Part shown: piece by piece, positions 1 through 8,429 of the stretch | Layout: the number at the start of each line of letters is the position of its first letter | Position numbering within the stretch: the first letter of the stretch is position 1 | Assembly (NCBI GenBank): GCA_034408725.1 | Contig: JAWXCN010000111.1 | Location: forward strand, 1 to 32,165 | DNA length: 32,165 bases | Direction: 5' to 3' | Source: Candidatus Hydrogenedentota bacterium | GTDB lineage: Bacteria; Hydrogenedentota; Hydrogenedentia; Hydrogenedentales; SLHB01 | The notes under the pieces: model-generated | Database searches by the model: none | What the model was told of the DNA's origin: nothing | The model's input: the letters and a program-made list of their open reading frames with translations, nothing else | Program-made: the position numbers and the translations under genes

Positions 1-2
1 AC

Positions 3-182
3 CGCGCGCGCGGTCACAGCGTCAATGGCAAAGTTATCCCCGTGGATGAGCGCCATTTCAACCACTGGAACACCGACCCCTGGGACCTCGATTACGGTGG
101 TAATGGCGCCGTCCTCGCCGATGGCGCGGTATATCTTCTGCCCTACTACATGGGCCTCTACCACGGTTTCATTAAGGAATAA
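3..182 (+). CDS. 3' end of a hypothetical protein entering from the left edge (partial)
   Basis: Frame starting at nt 3 is open and reads RARGHSVNGKVIPVDERHFNHWNTDPWDLDYGGNGAVLADGAVYLLPYYMGLYHGFIKE, ending TAA at 180-182; protein-like composition and host-like codons; followed by a hairpin. Absent from the ORF track because it lacks a start. Confidence 0.8.
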   Translation, partial: RARGHSVNGKVIPVDERHFNHWNTDPWDLDYGGNGAVLADGAVYLLPYYMGLYHGFIKE

Positions 183-187
183 ACTAA

Positions 188-233
188 GGGGACAGCCACC
201 GGCAACGCGTTATGGTTGCCGGTGGCTGTCCCC
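188..233. repeat. Perfect 19-bp inverted repeat (hairpin; REP-like or bidirectional terminator)
   Basis: GGGGACAGCCACCGGCAAC (188-206) / GTTGCCGGTGGCTGTCCCC (215-233), 8-nt loop, between convergent genes; no clear U-tract. Confidence 0.85.
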
Positions 234-327
234 GATACGCTGTGCAAAACTCCGCAACCCAAATAAAGTTGTGGAGTTCCACAGCGCTACCGCGAAAAAA
301 CCGCGTGTGTTTAAATCCAAAATTTGG

Positions 328-660
328 TTATCCCTTGCTCCCCGGGGGATACGCTGGCGCCGCGTACACGTTGAAAGTTAACGCCGCTTCATTCTCGCGA
401 TTGCTAAAGCGATGCTTAATGCCCGCCGGAATGATCACAAACTCGTCCTTGCACACGCTCAACCGATTGCCATCAATTTCGCCTTCAATCCGGCCGTCAA
501 GCACCAATAGGACTTGATCGCTTTCTGAATGGTCTTCGGCGGTATCTCCGGTGGCTTGCCCCGCGTCAAGCCGCATCATCGCCACCTGGCAGCGTGGAGT
601 GGTTTGAAGCACCTCAAACCATTCCTCAAAACCATGCACCGTATGAGCACGAACCAACAT
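328..660 (-). CDS. Cupin-domain protein
   Basis: 110 aa with cupin motif 1 (EDHSESDQVLLVLDGRIEGEI) and motif 2 (DEFVIIPAGIKHRFSN). Confidence 0.88.
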   Translation of the reverse strand: MLVRAHTVHGFEEWFEVLQTTPRCQVAMMRLDAGQATGDTAEDHSESDQVLLVLDGRIEGEIDGNRLSVCKDEFVIIPAGIKHRFSNRENEAALTFNVYAAPAYPPGSKG

Positions 661-716
661 GTCGATCTAAACGGTGCATACCCAATTCTTATTCCACTGC
701 ATGTCACCCCATGCTT

Positions 717-756
717 GTCCGTGTCCGTCCGTGCGTGTCCGTGTCAGTCCATATTT
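717..756 (+). repeat. Degenerate 10-mer tandem repeat (GTCCGTGnnn x4)
   Basis: gtccgtgtcc gtccgtgcgt gtccgtgtca gtccatattt. Confidence 0.8.
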
Positions 757-783
757 CTCCCCAAACCACCCATCCAAATAAGC

Positions 784-863
784 TCTGGACGGGACAGACC
801 ACAAGGGCAGGGGGCCTGGACCTGTTGTTCCCTCGCGGCATAAGCCCGTCTGTCCCGACCAGA
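784..863. repeat. 16-bp inverted repeat with GGGACAG core
   Basis: TCTGGACGGGACAGAC (784-799) / GTCTGTCCCGACCAGA (848-863), one mismatch; shares GGGACAG with the 188-233 hairpin. Confidence 0.7.
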
Positions 864-1436
864 CCTCACTCGAATTTTTTCTTGTGACTTTTCTGAATAT
901 CCATATTCGCATCGCCGAAATCCGTCTATTTGAAGTCTCAAATTTGAGATACAAAATTCTTGTCGCGCCGTTTTGCGTGTTTTCGCACGTATAGAGTTTC
1001 CCACCGCTCTTTCTAAACACATCGGAAACGGGCGCGCGCAAGGGGGGGCGCGCGCCCGCTGCCCGCTATGGCGCTTCACTGCTGAATCCATTTCACGGGC
1101 GCACCTGCGTCCCGCGATAACGGACTGCCGAAAACCGGCGCAAGAGACCGGCTTACACGGTGTCAGCAGAAACTTCCGCGCGCTTGCGGCGCACTCCTTC
1201 CGTGACGGCCACTGTCCGGGCAACAATGCGTCCCGGCAGCACAACGCGAAGCGCCTCGCGGCGGCAGAACGCCACAGGCAGGCACATAACGCACAGTCCT
1301 CCGGCTAGTGATTGCCTGCGCGCCCTGCCCGTGGCGATATCCCAAATCCAATCCCAACAATCAGCAACACTACCCGCGATCCGCAATCCCCGTTACACGC
1401 GAGAATCACCAACCCGACGTTTTCTCCCCTCTTGGC

Positions 1437-1673
1437 AGGTATCGGGTTCCGGGTCCCGGGTTTCGGGTTCCGGGTTTCGGGTATCGGGTTCCGGGTATCT
1501 CGGTATTGGGTATTGGATATTGGATATTGGATATCGCGGGATCGGGTATCAGGTTCCGCGGAGCGCGATACATTATTCGCCAATGCCTACTACTCCGAAC
1601 CCGCTACTCACTATCTCGCGTCGTTCCGTTCTCATCTGCGGAACCCGATACCCGAAACCCGAAACCTGATATT
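1437..1673 (+). repeat. Heptamer-flanked dispersed element, copy 1
   Basis: About 16 GGGTWYC/GGATATT heptamers (1437-1557), core GCGGAGCGCGATACATTATTCGCCAATGCCTACT...TACTCACTATCTCGCGTCGTTCCGTTCTCATCTGC, then complementary heptamers GGAACCC GATACCC GAAACCC GAAACCT (1640-1667). Confidence 0.9.
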
Positions 1674-1684
1674 GGGGTTGCCAT

Positions 1685-1800
1685 CTCACTCCGTGCCTTC
1701 CTCACTCCCTGCCTTCATAGGTCCCATAAGTCTCATACGTCCCATGAGTCCCATAATCTCATCGATCTCACTCGCCACCTCGCCACTCGCTATCTCGCCC
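1685..1800 (+). repeat. Cluster of short tandem repeats (16-mer x2, 9-mer CATAnGTCC x5, 7-mer CTCGCCA-like)
   Basis: ctcactccgtgccttc/ctcactccctgccttc (1685-1716); cataggtcc cataagtct catacgtcc catgagtcc cataatctc (1716-1760). Confidence 0.75.
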
Positions 1801-1829
1801 TTGCACCCATCCCCGGCACTCTTTACACT
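1801..1829 (+). promoter_or_regulatory. Putative sigma70 promoter for the GNAT gene
   Basis: TTGCAC-17 bp-TACACT, 32 bp upstream of ATG 1862. Confidence 0.45.
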
Positions 1830-1861
1830 GTCGCCCCAACTCGGCCGGATTCACGCACACC

Positions 1862-2383
1862 ATGACCACTGCGCTTAAACACGGCATCGACTACACGATC
1901 GGCGAGATGTATCCCTCCGACTGGGACGCCGTGCGCGCCGTCTACGTAGAAGGTATCGACACCGGCAACGCCACCATCGAGACCCAGCCCCCGGATTGGG
2001 AGGTGTGGAACAAGCGCCATCTACACCACTGCCGCTTTGTCGCCCGCGCGGCCGACGCTATCATTGGCTGGGTAGCGCTCAGCCACATCTCCTCGCGCGC
2101 CGCGTACAACGGCGTGACGGAACTCAGCGTCTACGTCGCGGAACGCGCCCGCGCCCAGGGCGTCGGCACTGCCCTGCTAGAAGCTGTCATTTCCGCGTCA
2201 GAAAACCACGGCATCTGGACCATCCAGGCCGGCATCTTCCCCGAAAACACCCCCAGCCTAGCGTTGCACAAAAAACTTGGGTTTCGCGAAATCGGCACCC
2301 GTCAACGTCTTGGCAAACTCAATGACGAATGGCGCGACGTTGTGCTACTGGAACGACGCAGCACGACAGTCGGCGTAGAGTAA
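1862..2383 (+). CDS. GNAT N-acetyltransferase, phosphinothricin/methionine-sulfoximine acetyltransferase (Pat/YncA-like)
   Basis: Motifs GNATIET, SSRAAYNGVTELSVYV, RAQGVGTALL, GIFPENTPSLALHKKLGF, WRDVVLLERRS. Confidence 0.92.
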   Translation: MTTALKHGIDYTIGEMYPSDWDAVRAVYVEGIDTGNATIETQPPDWEVWNKRHLHHCRFVARAADAIIGWVALSHISSRAAYNGVTELSVYVAERARAQGVGTALLEAVISASENHGIWTIQAGIFPENTPSLALHKKLGFREIGTRQRLGKLNDEWRDVVLLERRSTTVGVE

Positions 2384-2415
2384 CCGGTCACACCGCGACG
2401 CAATGCCATTCAAAA

Positions 2416-2455
2416 GTCGGTGCAAGTCCGTGTTCGTCCGTGTTCGTCCTGCACC
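2416..2455 (+). repeat. 10-mer tandem repeat (GTCCGTGTTC family)
   Basis: gtcggtgcaa gtccgtgttc gtccgtgttc gtcctgcacc; same family and orientation as 717-756. Confidence 0.75.
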
Positions 2456-2460
2456 AAAAC

Positions 2461-2489
2461 TTGCACTTATCCCCGCTAACATCCAAAAT
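2461..2489 (+). promoter_or_regulatory. Putative sigma70 promoter for the ThDP enzyme gene
   Basis: TTGCAC-17 bp-CAAAAT; AAGGA RBS before ATG 2528. Confidence 0.35.
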
Positions 2490-2527
2490 CAAAAAACCCA
2501 GAACCCAAAATCGCGAAAGGACCTCGC

Positions 2528-4165
2528 ATGTCACACGGCGGCAAACTCGCGGCGCGCGCGCTAAAGAACGCGGGCGTCGAATGCATCTTCACCCTCAGCG
2601 GTGGCCACATCATGCCGATCTACGATGGCTGTCTCGATGAGGGCATCCGCATTATCGACGTGCGACACGAACAAGCCACAACGCACGCCGCGGACGCATG
2701 GTCCCGCGTGAACCCGGGAAAAATCGGCGTAGCCGTGGTCACCGCGGGACCCGGCGTGACTGACGCCGTCACCGGCGTTGCCAACGCATGGCGCGCGAAC
2801 TCCCCCATTCTCTGCATCGGCGGGCAAGGCCCCTTCGCGAATCTTGGCCGCGGCTCGCTCCAGGAAATGGATCACGTCAGCCTCATGCGTCCGATCACAA
2901 AATATTCCGCGGCGTGTTACGACACGGAGCGCATCCCCGAATACATCGAACGCGCAATACGCACCGCGATCTCCGGCATACCCGGCCCAGCCTTTCTTGA
3001 ACTGCCGATGGACGTTTTGATGAACGAAGCAAGTCTCGAACGCGCCACGTTCCCGCCGATCTCGACCGCGCCTCCGCTGGTTGGCCCGCAAGGCGAAGAA
3101 GTGCTGAAAGCCTTGCACATCCTCGCGGAAGCACAACGCCCAATGCTCATGGCCGGCACCAGCGTGAAATGGTCAAACGCCCAGCCGCAGCTCAACGCTT
3201 TCCTCGCAAAAACCAACATCCCCGCTTTCGCGAATGGCATGGGGCGCGGCACAGTCCCGCGCGATTCGAAACACCTGTTCAACCGCACGCGACGCGAAGC
3301 CCTCGAAGCCGCTGATGTTGTCGTGCTCGCGGGCACTATCCTCGATTTCCGCATGCGCTTCGGACAAAGCATCCCCGACAACGCGAAGATCGTCCAGCTC
3401 GAAATGGACAACCTCCTGATCAGCCACAACCGCGCGTCGCACGCCGCGCTCGTCGGAAATCTTGCAGTATCGTTCGACGCATTGATGCGCACGATGCAGG
3501 AAGAGAAAATCGCGCTCGACTTTTCCAGCTACAGTGCGGAACTGCGCGAAAAGGAAAACGCCTACGAAACCGGCCTGCGAGAAAAACAGGGCAGCGACGC
3601 CGTACCCATTGATGCCGACCGCCTGTGCCGAGAAATCGCAAACTATGTCGAACAGTTCGACGACATGATCGTCATCGGCGACGGCGGCGACATCGTTGCG
3701 TCCGCGGCAAAGGTTGTGCCCATCCCGAAAAACGGCTTCTGGATGGACCCGGGCCCGCTCGGCACGCTCGGCGTCGGCATGCCGTTTGCCATCGCCGCGC
3801 AACTCGCGCACCCGAACAAAAAAGTCCTCATCATCTACGGCGACGGCTCCTTCGGACTCAACGGTTTCGAATACGACACCGCCGTCCGCTTCAACCTCCC
3901 CATCGTAGGCATCGTCGGCAATGACGCCGCCTGGGGCCAAATGATGCGCCCGCAAATCGCGATCTACGGACGCCCCGTCGCAACACTTCTAAACTACACC
4001 CGCTACGACAAAGTCGTCGAAGCCCTCGGCGGCCACGGCGAATACGTCGAACAACCCAACGACATTCGCCCCGCACTCGAACGCGCCTTCGCCTCCGGCA
4101 AACCTGCGTGCATCAACGTAAAACTCCACCAGGACCAGAGCTACCGCGGCGGCGGCTATGTATAG
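2528..4165 (+). CDS. Thiamine-diphosphate-dependent enzyme, acetolactate synthase-like / 2-hydroxyacyl-CoA lyase-like
   Basis: 545 aa; FTLSGGHI, VRHEQ (catalytic Glu), TAGPGVTD, PGPLGTLGVGMPFA, ThDP motif GDGSFG...VGND. No ilvH/ilvC neighbours, so the biosynthetic AHAS role is not established. Confidence 0.9.
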   Translation: MSHGGKLAARALKNAGVECIFTLSGGHIMPIYDGCLDEGIRIIDVRHEQATTHAADAWSRVNPGKIGVAVVTAGPGVTDAVTGVANAWRANSPILCIGGQGPFANLGRGSLQEMDHVSLMRPITKYSAACYDTERIPEYIERAIRTAISGIPGPAFLELPMDVLMNEASLERATFPPISTAPPLVGPQGEEVLKALHILAEAQRPMLMAGTSVKWSNAQPQLNAFLAKTNIPAFANGMGRGTVPRDSKHLFNRTRREALEAADVVVLAGTILDFRMRFGQSIPDNAKIVQLEMDNLLISHNRASHAALVGNLAVSFDALMRTMQEEKIALDFSSYSAELREKENAYETGLREKQGSDAVPIDADRLCREIANYVEQFDDMIVIGDGGDIVASAAKVVPIPKNGFWMDPGPLGTLGVGMPFAIAAQLAHPNKKVLIIYGDGSFGLNGFEYDTAVRFNLPIVGIVGNDAAWGQMMRPQIAIYGRPVATLLNYTRYDKVVEALGGHGEYVEQPNDIRPALERAFASGKPACINVKLHQDQSYRGGGYV

Positions 4166-4288
4166 CTGAATACAAGTGCCGTCCTGGATAGAAGTCATAC
4201 CCCACCTAACCAACACTATAAAGGGCGTCACAACCCTCGTCCGGCACGAGGTCAAATTACACCAACCGAGCGGGATACAATCATCCGC

Positions 4289-5137
4289 ATGATCAACATC
4301 GTCACTTTCGCGTTCATTGGCGGACTAATCTTTTTCGCCAGCTCATTGCTTGCCTGCATCATGATCACGCTCTGGCCGTGCACCGAAAAACGGTGGCATC
4401 GTTCCATTCTCTCCGTATGCGGAATTGTCGCGGTCATGTTTATCGCCTTGTCCGCGACACCTATTCCATGGATCGTCTACGCGCTTTGGTTCATTGCGTT
4501 CATCATCGCCTGGATTCTCGTCGCGCGCGGCCACCCACGCGCTCGCTGGACCAACATTTCATTTTGGATCCTCTCACTCGCCATCGCCGGTTCAGAACTG
4601 CGCTATCATCTCCCGGCCACCATCCCCACATCCGGCATCGACACCCTCTACGTCGTCGGCGATTCACTCAGCATGGGCGCCGATCCCCCACACAAGAACT
4701 GGCCGGACATCTTGGGCAGCAAACTCGGCATGACAACGCACACCTATTCTTTCGGCGGCGCGCGGACGGATACCGCACTGGCAAATGCCAAACGAATTGA
4801 AAAAGAAACAGCGCTTGTCATCCTCGAAATCGGTGGAAACGACCTGCTCTACGGCGCCGAAGGGTTTGATGCCAACCTCGAAACAATCCTCGCAACCATC
4901 TGCACCGGCAAACGCAGCGTCGTGATGCTCGAATTGCCGCTGCCGCCAACGTACAACACATTCGGAATAGCCCAGCGCCGCCTCGCGCGCAAATTCGGCG
5001 TAACGCTCATCCCCAAACGCTACCTCGCGCGTGTTCTGACCACCGACGGCGCGACGACTGACGGACTACATTTATCCAATGTTGGGCACGCAGCGCTTGC
5101 GGACGCGCTCGTCACCCAATTCAGACATCCAGATTAA
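4289..5137 (+). CDS. Membrane-anchored SGNH/GDSL esterase/lipase
   Basis: About four N-terminal hydrophobic helices, then blocks GDSLS, GG, EIGGND, DGLH. Confidence 0.88.
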   Translation: MINIVTFAFIGGLIFFASSLLACIMITLWPCTEKRWHRSILSVCGIVAVMFIALSATPIPWIVYALWFIAFIIAWILVARGHPRARWTNISFWILSLAIAGSELRYHLPATIPTSGIDTLYVVGDSLSMGADPPHKNWPDILGSKLGMTTHTYSFGGARTDTALANAKRIEKETALVILEIGGNDLLYGAEGFDANLETILATICTGKRSVVMLELPLPPTYNTFGIAQRRLARKFGVTLIPKRYLARVLTTDGATTDGLHLSNVGHAALADALVTQFRHPD

Positions 5138-5276
5138 ATATTCTCAATTTTGTCATCCAAATACTTCGTTCCCATCGGCACAAATCTCGGAGCTAACCAT
5201 CCTAGTCATGTGATAAGCTGGAATGAGCATCGCCCCACGGTGCGTTCTCTGTTCATAACCAGTTGGAGGCCAACCT

Positions 5277-6353
5277 ATGAGTAAGCGTTCGGTGTGGATT
5301 GCGTTTTGTGTAGTGGTCATGGGTTCGTTTACCGGCTGCCACCATCTCGGCCCTCAATTTGCCACCGAAACCACCCCAGGCCTGATTGCCCCGGTCACCC
5401 GCGTCACCCCACTCCCCGGTGACGTGCTCAAAGTGGACCAGATCATGATCCTCGCCGATGTGACGAATTCGACGCTCGAACATGACGTATTCGGACTGGA
5501 GAAAAACCTTTTGAATGGTTTCGTCGACGCCATGCCCGACGCGCCCTATCAAATGGGTTTCAGTTCGTTCGCCGGCGTTTCGCAGGACGAGTGGATGTGG
5601 CTCCCGCTTCAATACGGCAACCTCGAATCCCTCAAGGACTATGCAGCAAATCTCCAATTCCTCGGCAGCACCACGCCCCTGCACCAGGGCATCGCCGTCA
5701 CCGGCAAGGAATTTGAAGGCCGCAGCAAAAAATCCGTGTTGGTCGTGTTCTCCGACGGCAGAACCCATCCGCATCAGCGCGTGCTCGATGCTCTCGCGGA
5801 CATCTCCATCGCGCACGACGGCGAGTTGTGCATCTATACCATCAACTGCGGCTACAGCGAACCGGGCCGCGAACTGCTCCAGAAAATGTCGCGCGTCACG
5901 CATTGTGGCGGCGCATGGCAGGCTCACGAAGTCAACTCCCCGTTGCGAATGGAGGCCATGGTCCGCGAAATCTTCTTCGGCCCGGGCGCTGCCCTCATCG
6001 AACAGCGTACGATAGTCCTGCAAAACGACGTCCTGTTCGACTTTGACAAGGCCGTGCTCAAACCCGAAGGAAGGGCCGCGGTCGATACGGTGATCGCTGA
6101 GGCCAGGTCGCGAAGACTGGACCGTCTCGTCATCGAAGGTCATACCTGCGACCTCGGCTCGGACGCGTACAACATGGACCTCAGCCAGCGCCGCGCCAAC
6201 GCCGTGCGGTCGTACATGATCGAGCAAGGCATCGACGGCAGCCGCATCACCACGGAAGCCTACGGCGAAAGCCGGCCCGCGGCAGCGAACATCAACGAAG
6301 CCAATCGCAAACTGAACCGGCGCGCAGAATTCAGATTCAGGTTCCAGAACTAA
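5277..6353 (+). CDS. Lipoprotein with vWA-like and OmpA-like peptidoglycan-binding domains
   Basis: GGAGG RBS; signal ending FTGC; MIDAS-like DVTNS...TPL...VFSDG; C-terminal VLFDFDKA, IEGHTCDLGSDAYNMDLSQRRA, YGESRP, NRRAE. Confidence 0.9.
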   Translation: MSKRSVWIAFCVVVMGSFTGCHHLGPQFATETTPGLIAPVTRVTPLPGDVLKVDQIMILADVTNSTLEHDVFGLEKNLLNGFVDAMPDAPYQMGFSSFAGVSQDEWMWLPLQYGNLESLKDYAANLQFLGSTTPLHQGIAVTGKEFEGRSKKSVLVVFSDGRTHPHQRVLDALADISIAHDGELCIYTINCGYSEPGRELLQKMSRVTHCGGAWQAHEVNSPLRMEAMVREIFFGPGAALIEQRTIVLQNDVLFDFDKAVLKPEGRAAVDTVIAEARSRRLDRLVIEGHTCDLGSDAYNMDLSQRRANAVRSYMIEQGIDGSRITTEAYGESRPAAANINEANRKLNRRAEFRFRFQN

Positions 6354-6374
6354 CCAGATCCATCATCCAACAAT

Positions 6375-6414
6375 TGTCTGCCATCCCGTCGCGCGACGGC
6401 ATGGCAGACATTTT
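6375..6414 (+). terminator. Rho-independent terminator after the OmpA gene
   Basis: TGTCTGCCAT c CCGTC gcgc GACGG c ATGGCAGACA followed by TTTT. Confidence 0.7.
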
Positions 6415-6459
6415 CCGTCTGTATACAACAAACTTGACGTTGCAGCCCATCGCCGACTA

Positions 6460-7305
6460 TACAGTCGCCTCGGCAACAACGCGCAAGGCTATATCGGCGA
6501 CAAACAATCCAGCGGCGAGCGCGTACAGTTCATCGCAGCCGGACCAGTGTTCATGGCATGGACCGGTCAAAACGACGAAGCGCTCGCCGCAAAACGCGCA
6601 ACGTTGCCCACCACGCTCCCCCTGTCCACCACGCTCCCCGTGTCCACAAAGTCCACAAAGTCCACAACCGAGGCCAGCTTCATAATCGACGACATCCCCT
6701 TCAACAACATCTGGCTTGCCCTCGCGTTTCTTGTGATCAACGTGCTCGCAGCCATTGCGTGGTTTTTCAAAGGTTCCGCATGGGCCACAAAAACACCGCC
6801 CAGACCCGGCGCGCAACCCATTCGCGCGAACGAGCTGCGCAACCGCCTGCTCGCGATCAACCAAACCGGCACGCCAGTCGAAGTAACCGACAACGGCGAC
6901 ACCATCGACATCACGTGGCGCTACGCCGACGCCCGCTGGCTCGATCACGCAAAGGCCCACGGCATGCGGCGCATTCACAAACTCTCGCTCGACCTTTCCG
7001 AAGACGATCACACCGTGCGCGTGCGCGAGTACATGTCCGCGGTCGATTGGTCCGCGGGCGTCGATGCTGCATCCATTCAATGGCGCGCCGCGATCGGCAT
7101 CCAGTTTTTCCAATACGAACACTAGCGCGTGTTCGGCCTCCAGATTGCTCCCGACGGTTCGTTGAAGCCGAACCTCTCCTACAGCTATACCTTCAACTTG
7201 CAGGAGTTGAAAGAGCCATTCGTTCAGGCGATAACCCGCGCCAGCTGGACGTGGCGTCCCGTGTTCTTCAATGCGCCAAAATCGCTGCGCTGGTTGACGG
7301 AATAG
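6460..7305 (+). pseudogene. Hypothetical membrane protein, interrupted by an in-frame TAG at 7123-7125 and apparently 5'-truncated
   Basis: Reading continues past TAG: ...FFQYEH*RVFGLQIAPDGSLKPNLSYSYTFNLQELKEPFVQAITRASWTWRPVFFNAPKSLRWLTE* (7303-7305). The frame is also open upstream of GTG 6547 (RLGNNAQGYIGDKQSSGERVQFIAAGP) without an obvious start or RBS. The 5' boundary is approximate. Confidence 0.7.
6606..6668 (+). repeat. In-frame 18-mer x2 plus 9-mer x3 repeat (GTCCACAAA)
   Basis: gcccaccacgctccccct gtccaccacgctccccgt gtccacaaa gtccacaaa gtccacaac; encodes PTTLPLSTTLPVSTKSTKST. Confidence 0.8.
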
Positions 7306-7348
7306 GTTGAGGCGCTGAGACGCACGTTTTATACTCGCTTCAGCAGCC

Positions 7349-7481
7349 GGGTATCGGGTTTCGGGTTCCGCGGAGGGCGATCATTATTTGTCAGTGCCTG
7401 CTCAATACTCTCTATCTCGCTTCCTGGCTTCCTCACTTCCCGTCTACTTCTGCGGTATCCGAGAACCGATAACCGGTAATT
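7349..7481 (+). repeat. Heptamer-flanked dispersed element, copy 2 (more diverged)
   Basis: GGGTATC GGGTTTC GGGTTCC GCGGAGGGCGATCATTATTTGTCAGTGCCTGCT...TACTCTCTATCTCGC...TCTGC GGTATCC GAGAACC GATAACC. Confidence 0.8.
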
Positions 7482-7511
7482 CGATTCCGAGTCGACGCAG
7501 GAACGCAATGT

Positions 7512-7539
7512 AAACCACGGAGACACGGAGCACACGGAG
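7512..7539 (+). repeat. 9-mer tandem repeat CACGGAG(A/C)
   Basis: aaaccacggagacacggagcacacggag. Confidence 0.7.
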
Positions 7540-7635
7540 AGCGAGGAAGGCTGTAGGATCATTTCGTTGACGTCACCGAATTGACCGAGATCACGAGTAA
7601 CGGAAAGCGGGACGTTTGAACATGCGAACCATCCT

Positions 7636-7661
7636 GTAGCGCCCGGCTTCCACGCCGGGCG
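7636..7661 (+). repeat. GTAG-type REP-like palindrome
   Basis: GTAG followed by CGCCCGGC-ttccac-GCCGGGCG; a 5' GTAG tetranucleotide plus hairpin is the established REP architecture. Confidence 0.7.
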
Positions 7662-7665
7662 TATT

Positions 7666-7743
7666 GTCCATGTCTATCCATATCCGTCCGCGCCAATCCG
7701 CGTTTTGTCCATGTTCGTCCATCCCGTCCACGTTCGTCCATAC
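7666..7743 (+). repeat. Degenerate 10-mer tandem repeat (GTCCAYGTTC family, about 8 units)
   Basis: gtccatgtct atccatatcc gtccgcgcca atccgcgttt t gtccatgttc gtccatccc gtccacgttc gtccatac. Confidence 0.75.
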
Positions 7744-7787
7744 CCGGCGTCTGTTTTCTGCCTATCGACAACCACAAAATCCTCACG

Positions 7788-7810
7788 GGAGCGCGGGCGT
7801 CCTCGCCCGC
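7788..7810 (+). repeat. GGAG-type REP-like palindrome
   Basis: GGAG C GCGGGCG-tcct-CGCCCGC. Confidence 0.65.
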
Positions 7811-7925
7811 TGATGTACCTTGCTGTGTCCAAATCCAAATGCCGCCGAGGACGCCCACCCTCCCAAGTCCCCCTTTGAAGGGGATTCAGGGGGATGTAGG
7901 ATTAAGCCATCAAAGAGTTCACGCG

Positions 7926-8150
7926 ATGGAAAGACTTCTAAAAGTCCCGCTAACACTCACCCCGCAGCCCGAAGGCGGATTTACGGTCACCAGTCCCCAA
8001 CTGCCCAAGTTGATCACCGAGGGCGATACCGTCGATGAAGCGCTGGGCAATGTGCACGACGCCATCGCAGCCGCACTGGAAATCTACGGGGACGAAAGAC
8101 GTCCGCTTCCCGGAAAGCTTCTCCAAGATTCGCCACACGATTCGATTTAA
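7926..8150 (+). CDS. hicB: HicB-family antitoxin (short, orphan, possibly decayed)
   Basis: MERLLKVPLTLTPQPEGGFTVTSPQLPKLITEGDTVDEALGNVHDAIAAALEIY...RRPLP matches the HicB-like signature GGFxVxxPxLPxxxTxGDTxxEAxxNxxDA. Start reassigned to ATG 7926. Confidence 0.8.
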   Translation: MERLLKVPLTLTPQPEGGFTVTSPQLPKLITEGDTVDEALGNVHDAIAAALEIYGDERRPLPGKLLQDSPHDSI

Positions 8151-8429
8151 TTTCCCCTCCCCCTCGTTTCCACGCTCGGGGCACAGACTGGCTGTGAAAA
8201 GCAGCCGTCGAAAATGGAGCTGCAGGTGCGCGCGTTCCTACCCCGAGTTAGGAAAGCAGGATGGATGAAAAAACCTAACCCTTGTTAATCCGCGTCACAT
8301 TTTGACAGTCACGGAGGAAAAGAGGCACAGTTCTAAAGACTTTTGGTTGTATTTCATTGACGGGGGATTAATCAATGCGAACATTCGGAACGTCGAAACG
8401 CTGCTTCCAGCTACGGGGAATTTAGCAAG

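Noticed and set aside
1060-1335. Cobalamin riboswitch (GCCACTG at 1208-1215)
   Set aside because: Other conserved elements (GGGAA..GGTG.AA.TCC, GGGAAG, AGYCAGRA.ACC) not found, and no B12-related gene downstream.
1437-1673. CRISPR array
   Set aside because: Units are contiguous 7-mers without unique spacers; no 25-40 bp direct repeats and no cas genes.
1160-1878. ORFs of 169-188 aa spanning the heptamer arrays
   Set aside because: Translations (SGSGFRV, IGYWILD, PETRNP) are by-products of stop-free tandem repeats, open in several frames.
7123-7125. Stop-codon reassignment or pyrrolysine readthrough
   Set aside because: TAG terminates apparently complete genes here (4165, 18122); no pyl genes in the window; the gene also looks 5'-truncated, favouring decay.
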